A stretch of DNA of 61,469 bases from an uncultured Pelagibacteraceae bacterium (GTDB lineage: Bacteria; Pseudomonadota; Alphaproteobacteria; Pelagibacterales; AG-422-B15), in contig CACFGR010000001.1 in the NCBI GenBank assembly GCA_902565955.1, positions 1 to 61,469 on the forward strand, in the 5' to 3' direction. Under the pieces are notes generated by a model that ran no database searches, was not told the DNA's origin, and saw only the letters and a list, made by a program, of their open reading frames with translations. Position 1 is the stretch's first letter. Every line of letters starts with the position of its first letter. The translations under genes were made by a program, and so were the position numbers. This document shows, piece by piece, positions 8,824-18,996 of the stretch.

Positions 8824-9959
8824 TATTCCATTTTTTCGAGTCTAGAACTAAATGGTAAAGGGACAACTTCAACTTCTCGTTTTTCTCCATCATGATCAAT
8901 CTGATAAACTTCTTCTGAATTAATTAAATTAATATCAATGAACCCTAAGGCAATATTGCATCCAAAGTTTGGGCTATAAATACAGCTGGTTACAAATCCT
9001 TTTTTTTCAGAGTTATTGTCAAACAATGGTATTCTTGCCATATTATAACCAATTTTCTTTCCTGAAATTTTAAAACCAGTGAATTGTTTTTTAATGCCCT
9101 CTTCTCTTATTTTTAAGAGAGCATCTTTTCCTACAAAGTCCGCTTCTTGATCAAGATCATAAAATTTTGGTAAGTTTAGTTCTAAAGGGTTCTCAGCTAA
9201 TGAGGTATCTCCTTGGTGGGAAATCATACCGGCTTCAATTCTATCTATTTGATTAGGACAACTTGGTACAATTTTAAACTCTTTTCCTGCTTCCATTAAT
9301 GCATTCCATAATGCAGGACCATCTACTTCTCTTGTTATATAAATTTCGTATCCAAACTGATTACTCCAACCGCTGCGTGCAATGATGATATCTAATCCAA
9401 ATAAGTCAGTTTCGATAAATTGATAATATTTTAATCCCATAATAACTGGATCATCATTTGTAGCTTTTCTCATGAGTTCTTTTGCGCGCGGGCCTTGCAA
9501 TGAAAGCGGACAAGCTTCAGGCTCCGAAATTTTAACATTAAACTTACCAGATAAAGCAACGCCTTTACACCATAGTATCGCATCAGAATCTGCAATACTC
9601 AGCCAATACTTATTTTCATTAAACTTTAAAATTAATGGATCATTTATGATTCCACCATTTTCATCTGTCATAAATGCGTAACGACAAAACCCATTTTTAA
9701 AAGTTGATAGATTTCTTGGCGTCATATACTGAACAAATTTAGCGGCGTCTTCTCCAATAATTTCAATTTGTCTCTCTGCTGCCACATCCCATAATGTTAC
9801 ATCGTTTATTAATGATTGGTATTCCTCCTCAGGAGTCGTATAGCCAACAGGCATCGTCATACGGTTATAAGTTGTAAAATTGGTAGCGCCGTATTTTAGT
9901 GTCTCTTCAAAGAAAGGTGATTTTCTAATCCTTGGGGTGTATATAATACCTTTTGACAT
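8823..9959 (-). CDS. GcvT-family THF-dependent aminomethyltransferase/demethylase, DmdA-like
   Basis: 378 aa. RKSPFFEETL..., WDVAAERQIEIIGEDA, ENGGIINDPLILK, WLSIADSD, LSLQGPRA, ARSGWSNQFGYEIY and IEAGMISHQGD follow the DmdA/GcvT pattern. Confidence 0.7.
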   Translation of the reverse strand: MSKGIIYTPRIRKSPFFEETLKYGATNFTTYNRMTMPVGYTTPEEEYQSLINDVTLWDVAAERQIEIIGEDAAKFVQYMTPRNLSTFKNGFCRYAFMTDENGGIINDPLILKFNENKYWLSIADSDAILWCKGVALSGKFNVKISEPEACPLSLQGPRAKELMRKATNDDPVIMGLKYYQFIETDLFGLDIIIARSGWSNQFGYEIYITREVDGPALWNALMEAGKEFKIVPSCPNQIDRIEAGMISHQGDTSLAENPLELNLPKFYDLDQEADFVGKDALLKIREEGIKKQFTGFKISGKKIGYNMARIPLFDNNSEKKGFVTSCIYSPNFGCNIALGFIDINLINSEEVYQIDHDGEKREVEVVPLPFSSRLEKME

Positions 9960-10064
9960 TCTGTTCTCCTTAATGATCAGACCTTATAGACCATAAAGTC
10001 ATAAAAAGTAAATCCTTTTCCTAAGTTTCTACTTACTAATTAAAACTATAAATGCTAAAAAATA

Positions 10065-10991
10065 ATGATGAGCAAAAGATATGAAAATTTAATGAAACGT
10101 ATTCATGCCGGAGAAAATATTCTTCTTGATGGGGCCACTGGTTCGGAGCTTGAAAACCGTGGTATTAAAATGGATAATTCTTGGTGTGGCACAGCTTCCT
10201 TAGAGAGCGATACATTAAAGCAAATACATAAAGATTATATTGAGGCTGGCTCAAGTATTATAACTACAAATACTTATGCAACAAATCGAATGATCTTAGA
10301 AACCGCGGGGGTAGATAATCAATTCAAAGAAATAAATCTAAGTGCAATAAATGCAGCTCTGGAAGCAAGGGAAGAATGTGGTAGAGATGATGTACTTATA
10401 GCTGGGTCCTTGTCTCATCAAATACCGTATGAGGATGCTTTTGAAACACAAGAGGAAAGAGAGAAATTTAAAAAAAAACTCACACCCGAATATTTTCAAA
10501 AGTCTTTTGATGAGCTCGCTTTTTTTCTAGCCGATAATGGGTGTGATTTTATTCTACTAGAGTTAATGTATCGACCAGATCGAATTGAAATAATTTTTGA
10601 CTCAGCAAGTAAGGCTGGATTGCCTGTGTGGGCTGGATTCTCATCTAGAAATAAAGACGGGTTAATAGCCCTTACTACAGACTATGACTATAGTTTTAAA
10701 AAAATGATTAGTAATGTCAAACATCATAAATTGGATGCTGTAGGAATAATGCATTGTGAAATTAATGTAATAGAACAAAGTATTAAAGAACTTAAAGAAG
10801 TTTATGACCTTCCTGTTATGGCGTATCCAGAAGTAGCGGTATTTAATTTTCCACACTACGACATGAGCAATGTAATTTCTCCTGATGATTATTTAATTGA
10901 AGCAAAAAAGTGGAAGGATGCTGGAGCGCAAATTATAGGTGGATGTTGCGGCACTACAATTGAACACATTAAAGTACTCAATCAATTATAG
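10065..10991 (+). CDS. Homocysteine S-methyltransferase family protein (betaine/S-methylmethionine-homocysteine methyltransferase-like)
   Basis: 308 aa. LLDGATGSELENRG at the N-terminus and the zinc-ligand motif IIGGCCGTTIEHI at the C-terminus are typical of the family. Confidence 0.8.
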   Translation: MMSKRYENLMKRIHAGENILLDGATGSELENRGIKMDNSWCGTASLESDTLKQIHKDYIEAGSSIITTNTYATNRMILETAGVDNQFKEINLSAINAALEAREECGRDDVLIAGSLSHQIPYEDAFETQEEREKFKKKLTPEYFQKSFDELAFFLADNGCDFILLELMYRPDRIEIIFDSASKAGLPVWAGFSSRNKDGLIALTTDYDYSFKKMISNVKHHKLDAVGIMHCEINVIEQSIKELKEVYDLPVMAYPEVAVFNFPHYDMSNVISPDDYLIEAKKWKDAGAQIIGGCCGTTIEHIKVLNQL

Positions 10992-11903
10992 TTAGCCCGT
11001 ATCTTCTTCAGTCTTTGATGCAAATATTATTTCTGTTAATCCAGCAAATATAATGAAAGAGCTGCCTAATATTTCTCGCCATCCAATAAGCTCATCTGTT
11101 AATACCGCGGCACTGAAAGTTCCTACAACTATTTCAAAAAGTATAATTATAGAAAATATGCCTGCACCAATTCTACTTGGTGCACCTAAGATCACTATAT
11201 TTGTCGGTATATGAAATAAAATTGCAATTAAAATTAGCCACGGCATCATTGCAACCCATGACTCTATTGATGGAGCATCACCTAGGTAGTCGCTCAAGAA
11301 ATATGATTGTATTAATGTAAATAAGCCTCCATAAAAAAAGAATGAAAATAATATAGGGTATATTCCCTCTGGCTTTTTTATCTCCATTCTAACTGCTGAT
11401 GCGGCAATAAGAATTCCGCCTAATAAAGCAATCCAATCACCAGAATTTTGTGGTAAGGGTATCACGCCTTCTTGACCAAAAACTATCCAAACACCAGATA
11501 GTGCAAGAGCTAATGTTATGTATCTATAAAAACGTGGAATTTGTCTAAGAAATACTATTTCAAAAATAGTTGTCCAAACTGGGGTTATATAAAAGAGTAT
11601 TAAAGCTCTAACTACATCTGTCAGTAAAAAACTATTAGCGTAGCAAGCAATACCTCCTCCAAACAAAAGTCCAATTAGAGGATACTCTAGGCCAAAAGAC
11701 TGACCTTTATAGAGCCTCCATAGTGATATTGGAAGCAGCATTGCAAAAGGTATAACCATTTGAGAAATCGTTGCCCATCCGCCCGTTAAACCACCAGCCT
11801 CTAACGCTCTTTGAGGGATCCAGAATAAACCCCACATACCCGCAGCGATTAATAATGCAAAGCTAATTGTATAATAGTAAGGATGTCTTGATGAGGTGAT
11901 CAT
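10992..11903 (-). CDS. DMT superfamily (EamA-like) permease
   Basis: 303 aa and about 10 predicted TM helices, with two similar halves. The call rests on topology and size only. Confidence 0.55.
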   Translation of the reverse strand: MITSSRHPYYYTISFALLIAAGMWGLFWIPQRALEAGGLTGGWATISQMVIPFAMLLPISLWRLYKGQSFGLEYPLIGLLFGGGIACYANSFLLTDVVRALILFYITPVWTTIFEIVFLRQIPRFYRYITLALALSGVWIVFGQEGVIPLPQNSGDWIALLGGILIAASAVRMEIKKPEGIYPILFSFFFYGGLFTLIQSYFLSDYLGDAPSIESWVAMMPWLILIAILFHIPTNIVILGAPSRIGAGIFSIIILFEIVVGTFSAAVLTDELIGWREILGSSFIIFAGLTEIIFASKTEEDTG

Positions 11904-11914
11904 AAAAGTTAACT

Positions 11915-11947
11915 AAAAAAAAGGCCTTGCACAAAAGTAACAAGGCC
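11915..11947 (-). terminator. Rho-independent terminator downstream of proX
   Basis: On the minus strand: GGCCTTG-(11 nt loop)-CAAGGCC followed by eight T residues. It lies 28 nt after the proX stop. Confidence 0.7.
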
Positions 11948-11974
11948 TTAATTTTCTGATTTAGCTATTTAGAC

Positions 11975-12979
11975 TTACGGAAGCCAAGCTTTCCATTCGT
12001 CTGTACTGTTTTTCCATTCAGCAACAGCTTCTTCGACAGATAATCCGTCGTCACCAACTCTTACAAGCATTTTTGCTTGATCCGTATTAGAGAAAGCCAT
12101 TTTTTTGAAGAATGCAACTGCTTCAGCGTTCTCAGGTTTAGACATAACTTCAGGATTCATATAATTCATCGTGTAGTCTTTATCCCAACCTGTAGCAGGC
12201 CATGCTGCAGTTCCACAATCTTGCCAGTTATTAGCTTCAGTAAAACTATCACAGTATTTGTATGCTGGTAGTTTTACACCAACCATTTCATTCTTACCGA
12301 AGAAAAAGTGTGGTTCCCAAAGATACAGAAGGAATGCTTCACCTCTATCATAAGCTCCTTGAGCTTCCGCTAGAGCTGCAACCTCAGTACCTAGTTCTGA
12401 TGCTTCAAAATCAATTCCTAAAAGATCTAATCTTTTTTGGTCATGACAGTTCCAACCAGCAACTGGACATCCAATCAATCTGCCTTTTGAACCTGTTTCA
12501 GGTGTCGCAAATTGATCTTTGTATTTATTTAAATCTGACCAGTCTTTAAAATCTGGGTTAGCGTCAACAAAGTATTTTGGAACATAGTAATCTGACATTC
12601 CAATGATACCACTTGTGTACGCATCAACAGATCCATCACCAGAATACTCTTTTACAACTTCTCCGTCATAAACAAGATTCATGTTGATCATTACATCGTC
12701 AGCCTCAGCATAACTTGGCCAACTTTCACATGCGAAGTCAATATCGCCAGCGGCAATAGCTTCCCATAGACCTGTTCCTGAAGCGAATTCTATTCTATCA
12801 ACTCTGTAGCCTAGCTCTTCTTCAAGGATAGCAACTGCAACCTGACATGTTAATTCTCCACCAGTCCAGTCAGCAACAGCAGCTGTTAAACGCTTAGCGT
12901 TGGCAGTACCTGCCGAAAGAACTAAAAAAGAAGACAAAATCAGGGCAGCAAAAGTTTTTGCAAATAATGAATTTTTCAT
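11975..12979 (-). CDS. proX: Glycine betaine/proline betaine ABC transporter substrate-binding protein
   Basis: 334 aa with a signal peptide (LSAGTANA). AVADWTGGELTCQVA and WEPHFFFGK are ProX/OpuAC-like. It is adjacent to proW and visibly richer in G+C than its neighbours, which is consistent with high expression. Confidence 0.85.
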   Translation of the reverse strand: MKNSLFAKTFAALILSSFLVLSAGTANAKRLTAAVADWTGGELTCQVAVAILEEELGYRVDRIEFASGTGLWEAIAAGDIDFACESWPSYAEADDVMINMNLVYDGEVVKEYSGDGSVDAYTSGIIGMSDYYVPKYFVDANPDFKDWSDLNKYKDQFATPETGSKGRLIGCPVAGWNCHDQKRLDLLGIDFEASELGTEVAALAEAQGAYDRGEAFLLYLWEPHFFFGKNEMVGVKLPAYKYCDSFTEANNWQDCGTAAWPATGWDKDYTMNYMNPEVMSKPENAEAVAFFKKMAFSNTDQAKMLVRVGDDGLSVEEAVAEWKNSTDEWKAWLP

Positions 12980-13100
12980 TAATTTCCCCTTTTTATTAAT
13001 TAATTAATAAATAATTTTAGACCAAAAAAGATGAATAAGTAAACCGCTTTATCAACATTTTTTGAAGAAAAGTATCAGGAAATATGTATATAAATTAGAT

Positions 13101-15221
13101 CTATAAACCTAGGGCATCTCTTTGCTTTTTTGTCCATGCAAGACTGATACGGTCAATTATCATGGCTAATAAACAAATTCCTATGCCAGCAGCAAGAGCT
13201 CTACCAGTATCTGATCGAGCTAAGCCATTAAATACCTCAAGACCTAGCCCTTTACCACCAATGAGAGGTGTGACAATCTGCATCGCAAAAGCCATCATGA
13301 CTGTTTGATTGAAACCCATAACCAAACTAGGAACTGCTAGAGGAAATTTTATCTTATTGAGAGTCTGAATTGTAGTGCCTCCAAATGACTTTGATACTTC
13401 TGAATATGTGGAAGAAACTTGAGACAGGCCCAATACAGTTAAACGTATTATTGGAGGTATGGAGTATATAATTGTTGCAAGTAATGCAGAAAATGCTCCA
13501 CCACCAAAAAACATTAAAACTGGAACAAGGTAACAAAAATATGGCAATGTTTGCATTGCATCTAATATTACCTCGTTGATATTTTGAAATCTCTTACTGT
13601 AAGATGCTAAGATACCTATTGGCACACCAATTACAAAACATAAAAGAACTGAGATAAGAACTGATGAAAGAGTAATCATTGCTTCAGTCCAAATATTGCA
13701 AGCGCCGATGAATGCTAGAAGGATGGTAGTAATAATCGCAAATCTAATTCCAACAGATTTCCAGCTGATTAGAACCAATGCGCCAATTGTAAACCAATAT
13801 GGTAAATATGTGAGATAAAAATCAAATGGTCTTAGAAGGTAAATAACAACAGTTGATCTGATTGTTTTGGTTATTGAAATAAATGTATCATTTACAACCA
13901 ATGACTTTACACCAGCAGAAATTTCTTCTCTTATTGACAGATTCCATGCTTCAGGAAATGTTCCTATTGCAGCAACGTTTGCATCATAATAAACGATGCC
14001 AATCAATATTAATAATCCAGAGAAAAAGAAATAATGAGCATTTATAAATTGTGCAATCGCTGAGCCGTAATCCTTATTAAATAAAGAAATTACTGAATTT
14101 AAAATGAAAGAAAATATTCGAATAACGCTTGAGAATACAAATGCAAATGCAAAATGAATTAATTGTAGAGGTTTTTCAACCTGTCTAGCAATGGGATAAA
14201 TATCCCATGTTTGCGGTAAAAGATAAAATTTTTGACTATCGGATGGCAAAGTAACTGTCTCCCGACTAGCGGCTTTACCAAATCTATCGAACATGATTGC
14301 CATTAAAAGAACGCAAATACCTCCTTCCAAAGCAGCTCCAACTTCTAGTTTTTTTATCGATACCCAAATATCTGAACCTAGACCTTGAGCCCCAATAAAC
14401 GTTGCTAAAACAACCAAGGCCAATGCCATCATTATTGTTTGGTTAACGCCCATCATGATGCTTGGGAGAGCTAATGGAATTTGCACTTTAAATAAAATTT
14501 GGCTCTTACTAGAACCAAAAGCTGTTGCTGTTTCTACTGTTTCATTGGGGACCTGACGTATACCTAAGTTTGTCAGACGAATAATAGGAGGCATTGAATA
14601 AATCATTGTTGCAAGAATTGCAGGCGCGCCTCCGATTCCAAAGAAAAACATTGCAGGGATAAGATAAACAAATGCAGGCATCACTTGCATTATATCGAGA
14701 GCTGGTTTCATATTTCTCTCAAAACGATCACTTAATGCACAGAAAATACCAAGTATTACTCCAACAGCTACAGATAAGAATACTGATAGACCCATAAGAG
14801 CAAGAGTTTCCATAGCAGAGTCCCAAAGCCCAACCATTCCCCAATACATGGTGCCAAAAAGGACCAGAAAACCTAATTTAATTCCACCGAATGCAAGTGA
14901 TGGAATAAGCAATAGCGCCGCTATAAATACCCAAGATGAATCCAGTAAAAAATCCTCGAGCATCCAATAAAGGTCTTTTACATAACCAGCAACCATCCTT
15001 GTATAAACTTTAATATTATCTTTTAAAAAATCTTCACCAGCATTGACCCAAGCTGTAAAAGTAAAAGCGTCAGTTATAAAGACAGGAAATTCAGAAACAT
15101 CTTCTCCTTGAAATGCAAGCCAGATTGAAGCTAGAATTGCAGCAAAAATTAGCCCAGGAATGATGAGACTCTGAGTACTACTTTTAGAAGATAAAAGAGA
15201 TGTATCTTGGGTTAATGCCAT
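13101..15221 (-). CDS. proW: Glycine betaine ABC transporter permease, tandem-fused (two ProW-like permease domains in one polypeptide)
   Basis: 706 aa. The permease core is present twice: AFVYLIPAMFFFGIGGAPAILATMIYSMPPIIRLTNLGIRQV (first half) and YFCYLVPVLMFFGGGAFSALLATIIYSIPPIIRLTVLGLSQV (second half). Confidence 0.85.
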   Translation of the reverse strand: MALTQDTSLLSSKSSTQSLIIPGLIFAAILASIWLAFQGEDVSEFPVFITDAFTFTAWVNAGEDFLKDNIKVYTRMVAGYVKDLYWMLEDFLLDSSWVFIAALLLIPSLAFGGIKLGFLVLFGTMYWGMVGLWDSAMETLALMGLSVFLSVAVGVILGIFCALSDRFERNMKPALDIMQVMPAFVYLIPAMFFFGIGGAPAILATMIYSMPPIIRLTNLGIRQVPNETVETATAFGSSKSQILFKVQIPLALPSIMMGVNQTIMMALALVVLATFIGAQGLGSDIWVSIKKLEVGAALEGGICVLLMAIMFDRFGKAASRETVTLPSDSQKFYLLPQTWDIYPIARQVEKPLQLIHFAFAFVFSSVIRIFSFILNSVISLFNKDYGSAIAQFINAHYFFFSGLLILIGIVYYDANVAAIGTFPEAWNLSIREEISAGVKSLVVNDTFISITKTIRSTVVIYLLRPFDFYLTYLPYWFTIGALVLISWKSVGIRFAIITTILLAFIGACNIWTEAMITLSSVLISVLLCFVIGVPIGILASYSKRFQNINEVILDAMQTLPYFCYLVPVLMFFGGGAFSALLATIIYSIPPIIRLTVLGLSQVSSTYSEVSKSFGGTTIQTLNKIKFPLAVPSLVMGFNQTVMMAFAMQIVTPLIGGKGLGLEVFNGLARSDTGRALAAGIGICLLAMIIDRISLAWTKKQRDALGL

Positions 15222-15307
15222 ATAAAATAGTATTCCTTAAGGTTAAATAAATTATTCAAAAATCCTCAACATAGTATAACATTCAGCAGATAAAGCACTC
15301 AAAAATA

Positions 15308-16348
15308 ATGGAAAAAAATGACAAAATAGTATGCACAAATATATGGAAAGTATTTGGGCCGAATGAAAAAAATGTTCTTACAAATTTAGACAAAAATCTT
15401 TCAAGAAGTGAAGTGCAAGAAAAAACTGGACATGTGGTTGCAGTTAAAGATGTAAGTTTCTCAGTTCAAAAAGGTGAAACGTTTGTTGTAATGGGTTTAT
15501 CAGGTAGTGGTAAATCTACATTAGTAAGATGTTTATCAAGACTGATTGAGCCAACAGCGGGTGAGGTAAAAATTGACAATCAAGATGTAACACAGATGAG
15601 TAATAAAGATTTAACAGATCTGAGGCGTAATAGAATGAGTATGGTATTTCAGCACTTTGGTCTTTTCCCTCATCGAAGAGTGATAGAAAATATTGGCTAT
15701 GGACTTGAAATAAGGGGAGTAAAGAAAAAAGATCGATTAGATAAGTCAATGGAAACACTTAAACTTGTAGGACTAGAAGGTTGGGATCAACATTACCCTC
15801 GCGAATTGTCAGGTGGAATGCAACAAAGAGTTGGACTAGCTAGAGCTCTAGCAGTTGATCCAGAGATTCTAATTTTTGACGAACCTTTCTCAGCACTGGA
15901 TCCATTGATAAGAAGGGAAATGCAAGACGAGTTAATTAGCATTCAAAAAATGGTTCAAAAAACAATGGTATTTATTACGCATGATTTTTCTGAAGCTATT
16001 AAAATGGGTGATCATATTGCGATAATGAAAGATGGAGAAATATCACAAGTTGGTACACCAGAGGAAATTGTTGCAAATCCTGTGGATCAATATGTAAAAG
16101 ACTTCACTGAAGATGTTCCCAAATACAAAGTTTTAAGTGCGGGTAAATGCGCAAGAAAAGAATGCTGCGAAGATACAAAAACCCTGTTCGCCCAGGGCAA
16201 TGAGTGTATTAAAAGTGACGTTAAAATCGATACTTTAATTAATCAGATAGCTGACACTGACAAAAAATATCCTGTAATCGATGCAGTTTCAGGAGAACTA
16301 ATTGGTGAAATTGATCGGTCAATAGTCTTAAAATCAATGACATCTTAA
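15308..16348 (+). CDS. proV: Glycine betaine/proline ABC transporter ATP-binding protein
   Basis: 346 aa with Walker A GLSGSGKST, signature LSGGMQQRVGLARAL and Walker B ILIFDEPFSALD. It is divergent from proW. Confidence 0.9.
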   Translation: MEKNDKIVCTNIWKVFGPNEKNVLTNLDKNLSRSEVQEKTGHVVAVKDVSFSVQKGETFVVMGLSGSGKSTLVRCLSRLIEPTAGEVKIDNQDVTQMSNKDLTDLRRNRMSMVFQHFGLFPHRRVIENIGYGLEIRGVKKKDRLDKSMETLKLVGLEGWDQHYPRELSGGMQQRVGLARALAVDPEILIFDEPFSALDPLIRREMQDELISIQKMVQKTMVFITHDFSEAIKMGDHIAIMKDGEISQVGTPEEIVANPVDQYVKDFTEDVPKYKVLSAGKCARKECCEDTKTLFAQGNECIKSDVKIDTLINQIADTDKKYPVIDAVSGELIGEIDRSIVLKSMTS

Positions 16349-16368
16349 TTAATTTGAATAAATAAACC

Positions 16369-17559
16369 ATGACGCTTTTCAATTTGAATAAAGAAGAAAT
16401 TCTTGCCCCTCAAGATTGGGGTTTTCCTGTACCGATAGCATATGGTCCAGGTAGATTTTCCGAAATTGGAAATTATTGTTCTGTGAATGAGATAACCAAT
16501 CCACTTATTGTCACTGATAGTGGCAGTGTTGATCTTCCCTTCATTGATAACTTGGTCGAAATTTTAAAAAAATCGAAAATTAATTCAGGTATTTACTCAA
16601 AAATTTCACCCAACCCAAGAGATGATGAAATTGCATCAGGTAAAAAACTTTTCAATGATAACAATCACGATGCAATAATTGCTATTGGCGGCGGAAGTGC
16701 CATGGATGGTGGCAAGTCAATTTGTCTAACCGCTAATAATGAAATTGAGTTATTTGACTTTGAGTGGGAAAAGACACCTCAAGTCATTGGACCAGATAAT
16801 AAATTTCCTAAACTTATTACAATTCCTACAACAGCTGGAACAGGCGCTGAAACAGAAAGTACAGCAATGGTAACAGATACCAAACAAGGAATTAAACTTT
16901 GTATAATGCATCCTGAATTGAAGCCTTCATTGGCATTGCTCGATCCTGAACTAACATTGGGATTACCCTCAAATCTTACAGCATGGACAGGTGCAGATGC
17001 AATGATCCACTCAATTGAGGGTTATTGTGTTCCAGGTTTTCACCCCTTATGTGACGGTGCCGCACTCGAAAGTCTAAACTTAATTTCTAAATCACTCATT
17101 ACAGCTGTAGAAGAACCAAATAATCTTGAAGCAAGAGGGGCTATGCTTGTTGCTTCGTGTTTGGGGGGAGTTTCTTTTATAAAAGGGCTGGGTCTTGTTC
17201 ACGCTATTGCGCATATGGTTGGGGCAGAATTTAATACGCATCACGGACTAACTAATGCTATTATTTTGCCAGCAGTTCTAAAATACAACCTACCACATAT
17301 GGAAGAGAAAGTGATGAGAATGGCTCAGGCAATGCAATATAAAGATCATACTGCAAATCATTTCATCGAAAGCATGGAAAAAATACTAGATCGAATTAAG
17401 ATACCCAAGGGTTTAAATGAAATTGGTGTTCCAGAAGATTGTATTGAGAGAATATCTGAAAAGTCAATGATTGATACAGCCTTTGGCACTAACCCTCGTT
17501 CAGCCACATTGGATGATGTTAGAGAGCTAGTCAAGGTCAGTATTTTTGGAGCTCGATAA
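16369..17559 (+). CDS. Iron-containing (type III) alcohol dehydrogenase
   Basis: 396 aa. AIGGGSAMDGGK, TTAGTGAETES and His-rich GLVHAIAHMVGAEFNTHHG motifs are typical of the Fe-ADH family. Confidence 0.85.
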   Translation: MTLFNLNKEEILAPQDWGFPVPIAYGPGRFSEIGNYCSVNEITNPLIVTDSGSVDLPFIDNLVEILKKSKINSGIYSKISPNPRDDEIASGKKLFNDNNHDAIIAIGGGSAMDGGKSICLTANNEIELFDFEWEKTPQVIGPDNKFPKLITIPTTAGTGAETESTAMVTDTKQGIKLCIMHPELKPSLALLDPELTLGLPSNLTAWTGADAMIHSIEGYCVPGFHPLCDGAALESLNLISKSLITAVEEPNNLEARGAMLVASCLGGVSFIKGLGLVHAIAHMVGAEFNTHHGLTNAIILPAVLKYNLPHMEEKVMRMAQAMQYKDHTANHFIESMEKILDRIKIPKGLNEIGVPEDCIERISEKSMIDTAFGTNPRSATLDDVRELVKVSIFGAR

Positions 17560-17571
17560 AAAACCTCTTAG

Positions 17572-18996
17572 ATGATTACTCATTTATCTGTTCGGGATCA
17601 AATTGATTTAATTTCTAAAAAAGAAATAAAAGTTGAAGAACTTTTTCAAGAATACTTATCCAATATTGAAAAGCTTAATCCTAAGCTTAACGCTATTGTG
17701 TCACTTAGAGACAAAGATTGGATTATTGATAAAGCAAAGGCACAGGATGAACAAAAAGTTGATGTTACAAGAAAACAAATTTTATTTGGACTTCCATTTG
17801 TTTCAAAAGAATTATTTGACGTAACTGGACTGCCAACTACTTATGGAATACTTGAATATCGAAATAATTTTCCACAAAATGACTCGTTAATTGTAAAAAA
17901 AATAAAGCATCAAGGAGCCACAATTATTGGAAAATCAAATATGGCAGAACTAGCAATTGGATCTCATACAAAGAATAAATTATTTGATCCAGTTTCAAAT
18001 CCTTATAACTATAATCTATCACCTGGCGGCTCAAGCGGAGGAGCGTCAGCAGCTGTAGCTAGCTGCCTCATACCATTTTCTGATGGTACGGACATGATGG
18101 GCTCTTGCAGAAACCCTGCAGCTTTCACAAATCTATATGGTTTTAGACCATCTCCTGGACTGATATCTGATAAAAGAGAAACCAGTAAATTTCCTGTATT
18201 GACGACTCCAGGTGGAATTGCCAGAACACCTGATGACTTAAGTATTTTTTTAGATGCCGTCGTTGGAAAAGATATAGAAGATCCCTACTCGTTTAACTTT
18301 GAGGGTTCATTTCAGTCAATAACTAAAAATTTATCTAGTGAAATAAAGATTGGTTGGATTAGTAACTTTGTTGAACACTATTCTTTTGAAGAAGGAATTA
18401 TAGAATTATGCGAAGCTTCTTTAAACAAACTCGTGGAAACAGACAAAAAGATATTTGTAGAACAATGCAAAGTTAATATTGATCCAGATAAACTATGGGA
18501 TACATGGTGCACTCTCAGGTCAAAAATCACATTTAATGATATTTCTGCAATGCAAATTAAGGATTTTAATGAACTAAGCTTTCCAGCTAAATGGGAATAC
18601 GAAGAAGGAAGTAAAGTTTCAGACGATCAAGTTTCTAATTCCATTGATTGGTGTAATAATTATAAAAAGTATGTCGATAGTATATTTGAAAAATATGATT
18701 TTATTGCTTTACCATCAGCTCAATTATTTCCATTTAACAAAGAAATAGATTTTCCAAAAAGTATTTCAAAAACCCAGATGGACACATACCATCGCTGGAT
18801 GGAAGTTACGGTATTTGCAAGCATGTTTCAATTGCCTACCATCTCATTACCAGTTGGCTTTAATGCTGAGGGACTGCCAATGGGTATGCAATTAATTGGA
18901 AAAAATAAATCAGATGAAAAAGTGATACAAATTGGAAAATATTATGAAGAAATCTTTAATCATTCAAAAATAAAACCTAATATAATTAATGGTTAA
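17572..18996 (+). CDS. Amidase (amidase-signature family)
   Basis: 474 aa. The Gly/Ser-rich signature GGSSGGASAAVAS and the upstream GKSNMAELA are present. Confidence 0.85.
   Translation: MITHLSVRDQIDLISKKEIKVEELFQEYLSNIEKLNPKLNAIVSLRDKDWIIDKAKAQDEQKVDVTRKQILFGLPFVSKELFDVTGLPTTYGILEYRNNFPQNDSLIVKKIKHQGATIIGKSNMAELAIGSHTKNKLFDPVSNPYNYNLSPGGSSGGASAAVASCLIPFSDGTDMMGSCRNPAAFTNLYGFRPSPGLISDKRETSKFPVLTTPGGIARTPDDLSIFLDAVVGKDIEDPYSFNFEGSFQSITKNLSSEIKIGWISNFVEHYSFEEGIIELCEASLNKLVETDKKIFVEQCKVNIDPDKLWDTWCTLRSKITFNDISAMQIKDFNELSFPAKWEYEEGSKVSDDQVSNSIDWCNNYKKYVDSIFEKYDFIALPSAQLFPFNKEIDFPKSISKTQMDTYHRWMEVTVFASMFQLPTISLPVGFNAEGLPMGMQLIGKNKSDEKVIQIGKYYEEIFNHSKIKPNIING

Noticed and set aside
8823-9959. Calling this gene bona fide dmdA (DMSP demethylase) and the 28732-30375 ligase dmdB
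   Set aside because: The family-level resemblance is clear. However, SAR11-type genomes carry many GcvT paralogs, no dmdC/dmdD-type genes are adjacent, and the ligase resembles the AAE7/ACN1 clade rather than the DmdB sequences I remember. Substrate-level naming would be over-interpretation without phylogeny.
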